Shown piece by piece: positions 1 through 9,900 of a stretch of 64,000 bases of DNA (positions within the stretch are counted from its first letter, which is position 1; each line of letters starts with the position of its first letter). The position numbers were made by a program, and so were the translations under genes. The stretch is from assembly GCA_964016885.1 (NCBI GenBank), contig OZ024741.1, positions 119,784,001 through 119,848,000 of the forward strand, read 5' to 3'. The stretch comes from Eledone cirrhosa (lineage: Eukaryota). The notes below the pieces were generated by a model, which was given only the letters and a program-made list of their open reading frames with translations, had not been told where the DNA came from and searched no databases.

Positions 1-529
1 TGTTTTCATTGTCACTGTTGCTGTTGTTATTACGGCTGCTACTGCTATTATTCCTGACGTCAGACGAATGAACTGGGTTTTCGTATTTCCCGCACACCTG
101 TTTCGTCGCTGTCGTCGTCGTCGTGGAGAAACCTTGCACGCTTTGCACGAGACTTTTCTTTTCTTTCGTCGCTTGCGAAAGAGAAGGTAGGGAGAGAGAC
201 ACATTTAAAGAAGGGAGGGAGAGAGACAATCTTCTCTCTCCTGTAGTGATGATTGAGGAAGAAGAAGACGGAATGAGTGGGAGTGACGTATGAAATTTTT
301 TTTTTTTGGTAGCCATGTTTTTTTGTTTAAAATGAAATTTTGGGTACAAAACCCCAATAACTGGCTATTTAACCCCGAAGGGCCAAATAACGGACAGAAA
401 GACCCCTCTCACGAGGAGGAGGGTGTCTTTATCAACAATTTGGTTCAAGTTTTAAACAATTTACAATTGTTTTAACGGTTAAAAATTACTATACCTTACA
501 GAGCCGAGCCTCCGTCAACCATGGCATTC
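1..529 (-). mobile_element. Tx1-like LINE, type-B copy, 5' part only (5' UTR and ORF1 N-terminus; continues left of the window)
   Basis: Matches 12149-12677 at an offset of exactly 12,148 bp, including the B-specific 5' UTR. Confidence 0.93.
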
Positions 530-553
530 AATAATAATAATAATAATAATAAT
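530..553. repeat. (AAT)8 junction tract, read as (ATT)n tail/target on the element strand
   Basis: Direct count; lies between the 3' end of copy A1 and the 5' end of copy B0. Confidence 0.97.
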
Positions 554-815
554 GATTTCTTTATTAACCACAAGGGTTTACATAAAGTAGACATTAAGGA
601 CAGTGCAGGACAATGCAGGGCGGTACAAATGGGCATTTCTGCGTGTAAAAAAACAAAAACAGAGGATGTAACAAAAATAACAATGAAAATAACAATGAAA
701 AATTCCCCAATAGGGGGGAGACTTCGGAGGGACATTTGTGGAGAAAGCCCAGTAAAAAGCCACAATGACCCTGACCACCAAGGCAAGTGCCCTCTCCCAG
801 TTTTCCACCTTTAGT

Positions 816-3800
816 TTACAGATATATACTCAGAGTCGGCCCATTCACTCGGGCCATTCTTGCTTCTCTCACCCATCTTTCAACAAAATGCTGGGAAGAG
901 AGCACTTCCTTCTCTACTCTGATTTTCCTTTTCAAATGAAATTTGAAAAAGTCAATCAGAGCATCACCGAAGAGGTAAGTGCTCGTCTTCAGCCCTTTCA
1001 AACGTGTCCACCATACTATCTCTTTCGCCATGGCCACCAGACAGATAAAAACTGCCTGCCCTTCCCGGCTAAAGGAGGAGGGCGGGGCAATCCTCACGAT
1101 AGACTCAGATGATAGCTGGATCCGTCCTAAACGCGACAGCAGGTGTTCGACATAAACCCACAAGTCAGCAATTTTCGGACACTGGACGAGTGCGTGCAGG
1201 ACGGTTTCGTCGCCCTGCGCGCATCTCGGACATGCCCGGCTGACGGCACCTCCATGCCTGTAGAGTTTATCCCGAACTGGCAAGGCTCCTCGGTAGCACT
1301 GCCAGGCCAGAGATTTCTGGAAGTTGTCCATAGGCCCTGGCCCGAAAGTTCTTCCGAAGAGATTGGCTAGTTGATTTTCGTCGACGCCTAGAGTTTCCCC
1401 AAGTACGTCGTCGCTCTTCCCCTCCACTAATCCTCTATAGAACGCCGAGGTGGAGTTTCCACCGATCACATTGCCCGATTGGTCGAGGGCTGTGAGCGCC
1501 TGAAGACATTCCAGTCTCCAGGCGCTCCCTCTCGGTCTTCGCTTGACCCAGGACTGCAGCTCCGTCAAGGAAACGAGCTGGGGAAAAACGCGTCTAGCAA
1601 ACGGCGACCACACCTGATCACCGTCGAGGAAGAGGTGGAGATGTCGTAGCCTGAGCGCGTGCCTGCGCATCATCAGCCACGGCATGCCCAGCCCTCCACG
1701 TAGCGGGTGTTGACAACAGATGGACCGCCTGACCATCGGAGCACGTCCCTTCCACAAAAAGCGAAAGAGCAAACGCTCCAGCGCAGTCAGGCGAGGCTTA
1801 GGACAAGGTACGACGGTTAGGCGGTAGCAGATGACAGACGCGATGTACGCGTTAGCCACCTCCGCTCGACCTTTCAGGGATAGCTTCCTCTCCGCCCATT
1901 TCTGGGTGAGAGAAGCCACCCTGCTCGTCACCTCGTCCCAGTTTTTGTCCGTCTGGAGGTCCGGACCGAACCAGACCCCTAGCAATTTAACCGGTCCGTC
2001 CGTCCAGCGCCCGACGACGCTGTTGGACGGCATGGACCTGCCTCTCCAGGTGCCGAGCTGCAGGCCCACTGACTTTTCCTGGTTGATCATTGCTCCTGTC
2101 ACCGCTTCGTATTCTCTTAGTGTAGTGCCGATCGCCTCGATGTGTTTGGCGTTCGACACCACTACGGTGACATCGTCCGCATATGCTGACACGGATCTTC
2201 CGCATCCTAGTTCGCGCGGGACTCCCCTCAACGTCTCCAGTTTGTGCAGTAATGGCTCGAGAGTCAATACGTACAAGAGGGACGAGAGGGGACATCCTTG
2301 GCGGACCGAGCGCATGATGTTGAACGGTTCCGACAGGTGACCGTTCACTCTCACCACAGAGCAGATGTCGCTGTGCATGGCAGCGATCCAGCCTCTGAAG
2401 ACGGGCCCAAAGCCAGCCGCCCTCAGGACTGCCGCTAGGTAACGATGGTCGACCCTATCGAAAGCTTTCGACTGATCTAAATTGATCAAGGACCCACCCG
2501 TGCCAGGTTCCCTAGCTACCCTCTCTACGATGTATCGCATGAGGTGGAGGTTGTCGTGGATGGATCTGTCGGGAATGGCGCATGTCTGCGCCTCTCCCAC
2601 CAGACCACCAACGACAAGCGCCAACCTCTTTGCTAGCACCTTGGCCAAAATCTTAAACTCTGTGTTTAGCAGAGTTATGGGCCGGAAATTGTCTATGTTA
2701 TCCCCCTTGTTCGGATCCTTTCTCAGCAGTGCCACCGCTCCTCGGCTCACAGAACTGGGAATTCTCCCGTTCTGTTGCCAGTTGCAGTAGACGTCCGCCA
2801 AGAGGCCTCCGAACAAGCCTGGCATCTGTACGTAAAGTTCATAGGGCAGACCATCCAAACCAGGCGATTTACCCCTTGTGCAGCCAGTCATTGCCTCCCG
2901 TACTTCAGCGGCTGTTATCGGCTTTTCGCAACACCTCGCCTCAGTGGCCGAGAGCCGCGGCAGTCCGTCGAGGTAGACACTAAAGTCCATCCCTCTACCC
3001 GGCCCCCCGCTGCCCCCGAACAGCTGAGCGAAGTGTCGCTGAAAAGCTTCACACATTTGCCCGGGATCGAGTAGCATGCGCCCGTCGTGGTCCACCAAAG
3101 ACCGGATCGTGGCTTTGTTGCCACGACGCGCCTCCGCCACTCGGGCCCATTGAACGGCTTTCGTCCCCTCGTGTCTGAGAGCACGCACCCTAGCTCTGAC
3201 AACGCAGCCTTCGTGCTTTGCATTGAAGAATTGGTCAAGGGCCAATTTCGCCGCAAGCACGTCGGTCGCAATGCCTTTGCTAAGCGCCTCGTCTAATTTT
3301 CTAACTAGTTCTCCCTCTGCTCTATTTTTCTCTATTGCTAAAGCCTTACTAAACCTAATCGATTCTATTCTAATCGCTCTTTTCAGAGCAAACCACCACT
3401 TGTTGTTGACGATGGCCCCCGTCAACGCCCGCTTAACTAGTTCGCTAATCCGGTCTCTGTAGGCCTTGCGCGCTGGTAAGGACGCGTTTAGCTTCCAGTA
3501 GCCGGGTCCTCGTCTATGAAGCCTATCTAAGTCAAGCATACAGGTCACGAATTTGTGGTCCGTGTAGCTGACTATCTTGAATTGTGGACAGCCTATGCTA
3601 GACCTATCTATTTCCCTACAAAATACTCTATCTAGATATGATCTGGATGACCCTATGCGGTTTGTCCAAGTCCACATTGGCACATTCGGGAAATCCAATC
3701 GGTACCTGTCAGACAGTTCAAAACGCCTGAGCAGGTTGGTGAGGCTCTTGCACCCTCCACCCCTATCCGCTAATCCCACACAGTCCCAGCGTGCATCTAA

Positions 3801-4235
3801 GATCCCGTTCCAGTCGCCCACTAACACTAAAGAGCGGGACGTTCCAAGAAAGGTCTCCAGACGCCGGAAGAAATCAGGCCGCCCTGCTCCTGTCGGGGCA
3901 TAGACGGCCACTAGCCTGAAAGCTTGCCCGTCTCCGCTGGTCACGTCCAGCACCACCAGCTTACCCTCTGGGTCCAGGAAGATGGCCCGTATGGCGAGAT
4001 CCAAACCTCTCCGAAAAAGCACAGCAACTCCTCCACCCGATCCAGGACGGCTGGGAGATGCGTACACATCGTAGCCGCCGAAGATCGGTGCGAAGGCCCG
4101 TGCTTCGGAGATTCTGGTCTCGCTGATGGCCACTACATCTATGTTTAGTGACCTGAGGTCGTTGAGCAGGTGACCCTGCTTCCATGACGACCCCAAGCCA
4201 CGCGCATTTATGCTGCCTATTCTGAGTGAGGTCAT
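816..4235 (-). CDS. ORF2: APE endonuclease, reverse transcriptase, C-terminal Cys/His domain (1139 aa, intact)
   Basis: APE motifs INARG, SET, VYAP, GDWN, LDR, TDH; RT motifs KSPGLDG, FRPITLLN, KAFDRV, QGCPLS, YADD; C-terminal CPRC..ETVLHALVQC; GPGYWKLN and GGLGMP are typical of Tx1/L1 ORF2. Confidence 0.96.
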   Translation of the reverse strand: MTSLRIGSINARGLGSSWKQGHLLNDLRSLNIDVVAISETRISEARAFAPIFGGYDVYASPSRPGSGGGVAVLFRRGLDLAIRAIFLDPEGKLVVLDVTSGDGQAFRLVAVYAPTGAGRPDFFRRLETFLGTSRSLVLVGDWNGILDARWDCVGLADRGGGCKSLTNLLRRFELSDRYRLDFPNVPMWTWTNRIGSSRSYLDRVFCREIDRSSIGCPQFKIVSYTDHKFVTCMLDLDRLHRRGPGYWKLNASLPARKAYRDRISELVKRALTGAIVNNKWWFALKRAIRIESIRFSKALAIEKNRAEGELVRKLDEALSKGIATDVLAAKLALDQFFNAKHEGCVVRARVRALRHEGTKAVQWARVAEARRGNKATIRSLVDHDGRMLLDPGQMCEAFQRHFAQLFGGSGGPGRGMDFSVYLDGLPRLSATEARCCEKPITAAEVREAMTGCTRGKSPGLDGLPYELYVQMPGLFGGLLADVYCNWQQNGRIPSSVSRGAVALLRKDPNKGDNIDNFRPITLLNTEFKILAKVLAKRLALVVGGLVGEAQTCAIPDRSIHDNLHLMRYIVERVAREPGTGGSLINLDQSKAFDRVDHRYLAAVLRAAGFGPVFRGWIAAMHSDICSVVRVNGHLSEPFNIMRSVRQGCPLSSLLYVLTLEPLLHKLETLRGVPRELGCGRSVSAYADDVTVVVSNAKHIEAIGTTLREYEAVTGAMINQEKSVGLQLGTWRGRSMPSNSVVGRWTDGPVKLLGVWFGPDLQTDKNWDEVTSRVASLTQKWAERKLSLKGRAEVANAYIASVICYRLTVVPCPKPRLTALERLLFRFLWKGRAPMVRRSICCQHPLRGGLGMPWLMMRRHALRLRHLHLFLDGDQVWSPFARRVFPQLVSLTELQSWVKRRPRGSAWRLECLQALTALDQSGNVIGGNSTSAFYRGLVEGKSDDVLGETLGVDENQLANLFGRTFGPGPMDNFQKSLAWQCYRGALPVRDKLYRHGGAVSRACPRCAQGDETVLHALVQCPKIADLWVYVEHLLSRLGRIQLSSESIVRIAPPSSFSREGQAVFICLVAMAKEIVWWTRLKGLKTSTYLFGDALIDFFKFHLKRKIRVEKEVLSSQHFVERWVREARMARVNGPTLSIYL

Positions 4236-4270
4236 GTTTAAAATAGAGTGGAAAAGATGGGAAAGACCAC

Positions 4271-6280
4271 TTACCGTACTTTTGGTAGAGGAGGGATGGT
4301 TTTTACATCCCTTTTCACTTGATCGTCTGGTGAAGGGACCGTTGAATCGTCCCTTCGGCTGGTCGTCGGCTCTTCTAAGAGAATGTCTGAATATACTCTT
4401 CGATTGATGGTTCCTCCTAGGTCCCTGAAATCACCAACTGCGTTGGGGAATTTCGTTTTAATGTTTGTGTATTGTTTCTGTGCTATTTTTAGCAGTCTTA
4501 TGTTAGTTGGCGTTTTGATTGGTGCTGGTATTATGTAGTCCTGTTGTGAAATGTCTGTGTGTTCAATTATGTAAGTCATTAGTTTCTTGTTGTGTGTGTT
4601 TATTGCCGTGCATTTGTTTTTCTGGGGGTGGGGTGTGGTTCTGCTATTTTCTTGTCGTTGTTGCTGGGTGTGTGTGTTTTGTTGTTGTGTTTGCGATGTT
4701 GGTGCTTGTGGTGGTGGTGTTGAAGGTGTTGTTGGCGGTGGGGTTGTCGCCGGTGGTGATGGTGGTGCTGGTGTGGGTGGTGATGGTGTTGGTGGTGTTG
4801 CTGCTGTGGGTCTCTTTGCAGTAGACTTTACCCTTTTCTCATTTCTTTCCTCCCTTTTCAAAGGCGACGATGCGCTGCTTCTGCGTTTGTGCCTTCTTGC
4901 GACCTTTTGCCATCCCTCTCCCACCTCACACTCCATGTCTGATTCTGTAAGGTCGGGGAGGGGTACCAGCTCCACTCTTTCACTTGTTGTTGTTGGTGAT
5001 GTTTGCACTGGAGTCTCTGTTGCAGCTGCATTTGGTATTGCTGTTGTTGTTGTTAATATTTCCACTGCTGCTGCTGCCTTTGATTTCCGTGGAGTGGGTA
5101 TGGGTGCCACGGACCTATCGTTCCTGGTTGCCGCTTGTCCTGTTGCTGGTAGCCGTGGAGCTGGATTCGGAAGGAGGGGGGTTTTCTCCTTTCTCAGGGT
5201 CTTCTCGTTGCAGAAGGCCCTGAGGTGAGTCTTCGATCCACAGCGAAAGCATTTCGGGCGTTTGCCCTCAACACTTATGGGCAGTTGAGTGCCGTTATCG
5301 AAGTCTATCACATCCGGGATAGCTTCGATGCACTCCTGGTTGGTTTGGATTAGCATCTCAATGGAGGAGCCGACCCAATCTTCTCTTACTTTTTTCTGTA
5401 CTTGCAGTACAGTTGTTTTGTCCTCGATTCCGACGAGGACAGACGCGGCCAGCCAAGAAGGGGTCATTCCGGGGGGGACGTGGGTCAGTTTGACCCTCAC
5501 AATTTTTTGCCCGCAGTAGGAGGGCACCAACACCATTTCCACGCTCCTTAGGGTCACTACTGATTGGGCCTTTGCCTCCTGGGGTGTGGCAAAAAGTACG
5601 TCTACGGTGGCGTATTTTTTGCCTCGGGTGATGTGCGTTTTCCTCTGCCACACAGACCCCAAGGCTTTTTGTATTTGGGCCTCTGTGGCTCTTTCCACCC
5701 TACGGGATTTTGTACTTACTGTACGGTACGTGACCGTACAGTGCTCTTGGGTTTCGAAAAAATTTTTCGCTGCCTTGCAGATTGCTCGGTGTCCGTTCTT
5801 TGTCACCATCTTCTTCGCTTCCTCTAATTCCTCATTTGTTATGAGGATTGTTTCCAAGTTTTTCGCAATACCTGCAAATGAGATTGGTTTTTCTCTGCTG
5901 TTGTTGTTGTCGTCAGAGCTGCTGGTACTTTTGTTGTTGCTGCAGGTACTACGACTACTGCCTCCGCCGCTGTTGCTGTGGTTGTTGTTGGTGTTGCTGC
6001 TGCTAATGCTGTTGTTGTTTATGCTGCTGGTGATGCTGTTGCGGCTGCTACTGTTGTTTTCATTGTCACTGTTGCTGTTGTTATTACGGCTGCTACTGCT
6101 ATTATTCCTGACGTCAGACGAATGAACTGGGTTTTCGTATTTCCCGCACACCTGTTTCGTCGCTGTCGTCGTCGTGGAGAAACCTTGCACGCTTTGCACG
6201 AGACTTTTCTTTTCTTTCGTCACTTGCGAAAGAGAAGGGAGGGAGAGAGACACATTTAAAGAAGGGAGGGAGAGAGACAA
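4271..6280 (-). CDS. ORF1 (gag-like RNA-binding protein), type A; start codon uncertain
   Basis: CX2CX4HX4C knuckle CFRCGSKTHLRAFC, S/N-rich N-terminus, P/T-rich C-terminus. The ATG at 6364 is followed by an in-frame TAA at 6337-6335; the next in-frame ATG is 5809 (MVTK). 6280 is only a TTG. Confidence 0.85.
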   Translation of the reverse strand: MSLSLPSLNVSLSLPSLSQVTKEKKSLVQSVQGFSTTTTATKQVCGKYENPVHSSDVRNNSSSSRNNNSNSDNENNSSSRNSITSSINNNSISSSNTNNNHSNSGGGSSRSTCSNNKSTSSSDDNNNSREKPISFAGIAKNLETILITNEELEEAKKMVTKNGHRAICKAAKNFFETQEHCTVTYRTVSTKSRRVERATEAQIQKALGSVWQRKTHITRGKKYATVDVLFATPQEAKAQSVVTLRSVEMVLVPSYCGQKIVRVKLTHVPPGMTPSWLAASVLVGIEDKTTVLQVQKKVREDWVGSSIEMLIQTNQECIEAIPDVIDFDNGTQLPISVEGKRPKCFRCGSKTHLRAFCNEKTLRKEKTPLLPNPAPRLPATGQAATRNDRSVAPIPTPRKSKAAAAVEILTTTTAIPNAAATETPVQTSPTTTSERVELVPLPDLTESDMECEVGEGWQKVARRHKRRSSASSPLKREERNEKRVKSTAKRPTAATPPTPSPPTPAPPSPPATTPPPTTPSTPPPQAPTSQTQQQNTHTQQQRQENSRTTPHPQKNKCTAINTHNKKLMTYIIEHTDISQQDYIIPAPIKTPTNIRLLKIAQKQYTNIKTKFPNAVGDFRDLGGTINRRVYSDILLEEPTTSRRDDSTVPSPDDQVKRDVKTIPPLPKVR

Positions 6281-6580
6281 TCTTCTCTCTGCTGTAGTGA
6301 TGATTGAGGAAGAAGAAGACGGAATGAGTGGGAGTTACCAATGAAAATTGTTTTTCGTAGCCATGTTGTTTTTTTTGTTTAGAATAAATATTGGGCACAA
6401 AACCCCAATAAGTAGTTATTTAACCCCGAAGGGCCAAATAACGGGCAGAAAGACCCCTCTCACGAGGAGGAGGGTGTTTTTGTCTACAAGTTCGTTAAAG
6501 TTTTAAACAATTTACAATTGTTATAGCGTTCAAAATTTACAATACCTTACAGAGCCGAGCCTCCGTCAACCATAGCATTC

Positions 6581-6652
<72 letters not shown>
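6581..6652. repeat. (AAT)24 junction tract
   Basis: Direct count. Confidence 0.97.
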
Positions 6653-6654
<2 letters not shown>

Positions 6655-6915
6655 TTTCTTTATTAACCACAAGGGTTTACATAAAGTAGACATTAAGGAC
6701 AGTGCAGGACAATGCAGGACGGTACAAATGGGCATTTCTGCGTGTAAAAAAAACAAAAATAGAGGATGTAACAAAAATAACAATGAAAATAACAATGAAA
6801 AATTCCCCAATAGGGGGGAGACTTCGGAGGAACATTTGTGGAGAAAGCCCAGTAAAAAGCCACAATGACCCTGACCACCAAGGCAAGTGCCCTCTCCCAG
6901 TTTTCCACCTTTAGT

Positions 6916-9900
6916 TTACAGATATATACTCAGAGTCGGCCCATTCACTCGGGCCATTCTTGCTTCTCTCACCCATCTTTCAACAAAATGCTGGGAAGAG
7001 AGCACTTCCTTCTCTACTCTGATTTTCCTTTTCAAATGAAATTTGAAAAAGTCAATCAGAGCATCACCGAAGAGGTAAGTGCTCGTCTTCAGCCCTTTCA
7101 AACGCGTCCACCATACTATCTCTTTCGCCATGGCCACCAGACAGATAAAAACTGCCTGCCCTTCCCGGCTAAAGGAGGAGGGCGGGGCAATCCTCACGAT
7201 AGACTCAGATGATAGCTGGATCCGTCCTAAACGCGACAGCAGGTGTTCGACATAAACCCACAAGTCAGCAATTTTCGGACACTGGACGAGTGCGTGCAGG
7301 ACGGTTTCGTCGCCCTGCGCGCATCTCGGACATGCCCGGCTGACGGCACCTCCATGCCTGTAGAGTTTATCCCGAACTGGCAAGGCTCCTCGGTAGCACT
7401 GCCAGGCCAGAGATTTCTGGAAGTTGTCCATAGGCCCTGGCCCGAAGGTTCTTCCGAAGAGATTGGCTAGTTGATTTTCGTCGACGCCTAGAGTTTCCCC
7501 AAGTACGTCGTCGCTCTTCCCCTCCACTAATCCTCTATAGAACGCCGAGGTGGAGTTTCCACCGATCACATTGCCCGATTGGTCGAGGGCTGTGAGCGCC
7601 TGAAGACATTCCAGTCTCCAGGCGCTCCCTCTCGGTCTTCGCTTGACCCAGGACTGCAGCTCCGTCAAGGAAACGAGCTGGGGAAAAACGCGTCTAGCAA
7701 ACGGCGACCACACCTGATCACCGTCGAGGAAGAGGTGGAGATGTCGTAGCCTGAGCGCGTGCCTGCGCATCATCAGCCACGGCATGCCCAGCCCTCCACG
7801 TAGCGGGTGTTGACAACAGATGGACCGCCTGACCATCGGAGCACGTCCCTTCCACAAAAAGCGAAAGAGCAAACGCTCCAGCGCAGTCAGGCGAGGCTTA
7901 GGACAAGGTACGACGGTTAGGCGGTAGCAGATGACAGACGCGATGTACGCGTTAGCCACCTCCGCTCGACCTTTCAGGGATAGCTTCCTCTCCGCCCATT
8001 TCTGGGTGAGAGAAGCCACCCTGCTCGTCACCTCGTCCCAGTTTTTGTCCGTCTGGAGGTCCGGACCGAACCAGACCCCTAGCAATTTAACCGGTCCGTC
8101 CGTCCAGCGCCCGACGACGCTGTTGGACGGCATGGACCTGCCTCTCCAGGTGCCGAGCTGCAGGCCCACTGACTTTTCCTGGTTGATCATTGCTCCTGTC
8201 ACCGCTTCGTATTCTCTTAGTGTAGTGCCGATCGCCTCGATGTGTTTGGCGTTCGACACCACTACGGTGACATCGTCCGCATATGCTGACACGGATCTTC
8301 CGCATCCTAGTTCGCGCGGGACTCCCCTCAACGTCTCCAGTTTGTGCAGTAATGGCTCGAGAGTCAATACGTACAAGAGGGACGAGAGGGGACATCCTTG
8401 GCGGACCGAGCGCATGATGTTGAACGGTTCCGACAGGTGACCGTTCACTCTCACCACAGAGCAGATGTCGCTGTGCATGGCAGCGATCCAGCCTCTGAAG
8501 ACGGGCCCAAAGCCAGCCGCCCTCAGGACTGCCGCTAGGTAACGATGGTCGACCCTATCGAAAGCTTTCGACTGATCTAAATTGATCAAGGACCCACCCG
8601 TGCCAGGTTCCCTAGCTACCCTCTCTACGATGTATCGCATGAGGTGGAGGTTGTCGTGGATGGATCTGTCGGGAATGGCGCATGTCTGCGCCTCTCCCAC
8701 CAGACCACCAACGACAAGCGCCAACCTCTTTGCTAGCACCTTGGCCAAAATCTTAAACTCTGTGTTTAGCAGAGTTATGGGCCGGAAATTGTCTATGTTA
8801 TCCCCCTTGTTCGGATCCTTTCTCAGCAGTGCCACCGCTCCTCGGCTCACAGAACTGGGAATTCTCCCGTTCTGTTGCCAGTTGCAGTAGACGTCCGCCA
8901 AGAGGCCTCCGAACAAGTCTGGCATCTGTACGTAAAGTTCATAGGGCAGACCATCCAAACCAGGCGATTTACCCCTTGTGCAGCCAGTCATTGCCTCCCT
9001 TACTTCAGCGGCTGTTATCGGCTTTTCGCAACACTTCGCCTCAGTGGCCGAGAGCCGCGGCAGTCCGTCGAGGTAGACACTAAAGTCCATCCCTCTACCC
9101 GGCCCCCCGCTGCCCCCGAACAGCTGAGCGAAGTGTCGCTGAAAAGCTTCACACATTTGCCCGGGATCGAGTAGCATGCGCCCGTCGTGGTCCACCAAAG
9201 ACCGGATCGTGGCTTTGTTGCCACGACGCGCCTCCGCCACTCGGGCCCATTGAACGGCTTTCGTCCCCTCGTGTCTGAGAGCACGCACCCTAGCTCTGAC
9301 AACGCAGCCTTCGTGCTTTGCATTGAAGAATTGGTCAAGGGCCAATTTCGCCGCAAGCACGTCGGTCGCAATGCCTTTGCTAAGCGCCTCGTCTAATTTT
9401 CTAACTAGTTCTCCCTCTGCTCTATTTTTCTCTATTGCTAAAGCCTTACTAAACCTAATCGATTCTATTCTAATCGCTCTTTTCAGAGCAAACCACCACT
9501 TGTTGTTGACGATGGCCCCCGTCAACGCCCGCTTAACTAGTTCGCTAATCCGGTCTCTGTAGGCCTTGCGCGCTGGTAAGGACGCGTTTAGCTTCCAGTA
9601 GCCGGGTCCTCGTCTATGAAGCCTATCTAAGTCAAGCACACAGATCACGAATTTGTGGTCCGTGTAGCTGACTATCTTGAATTGTGGACAGCCTATGCTA
9701 GACCTATCTATTTCCCTACAAAATACTCTATCTAGATATGATCTGGATGACCCTATGCGGTTTGTCCAAGTCCACATTGGCACATTCGGGAAATCCAATC
9801 GGTACCTGTCAGACAGTTCAAAACGCCTGAGCAGGTTGGTGAGGCTCTTGCACCCTCCACCCCTATCCGCTAATCCCACACAGTCCCAGCGTGCATCTAA

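Larger units (their letters stand above)
554..6580 (-). mobile_element. Full-length Tx1-group non-LTR retrotransposon, copy A1 (~6.03 kb)
   Basis: 5' UTR, ORF1, ORF2 and a 3' UTR ending CCCTTGTGGTTAATAAAGAAATC(ATT)n; bounded by AAT tracts. Confidence 0.93.

Noticed and set aside
350-390. Pistol ribozyme suggested by GUUAAAUAG (type B, minus strand)
   Set aside because: Downstream UUAAG, pseudoknot and CGU elements are absent; the motif is the 3' arm of the UUCG hairpin.
6445-6480. HDV-like ribozyme suggested by CCUCCUCGUG in the 5' UTR
   Set aside because: No P1 partner, no GG for P1.1 and no J4/2 could be placed; a GNRA hairpin explains the sequence better.
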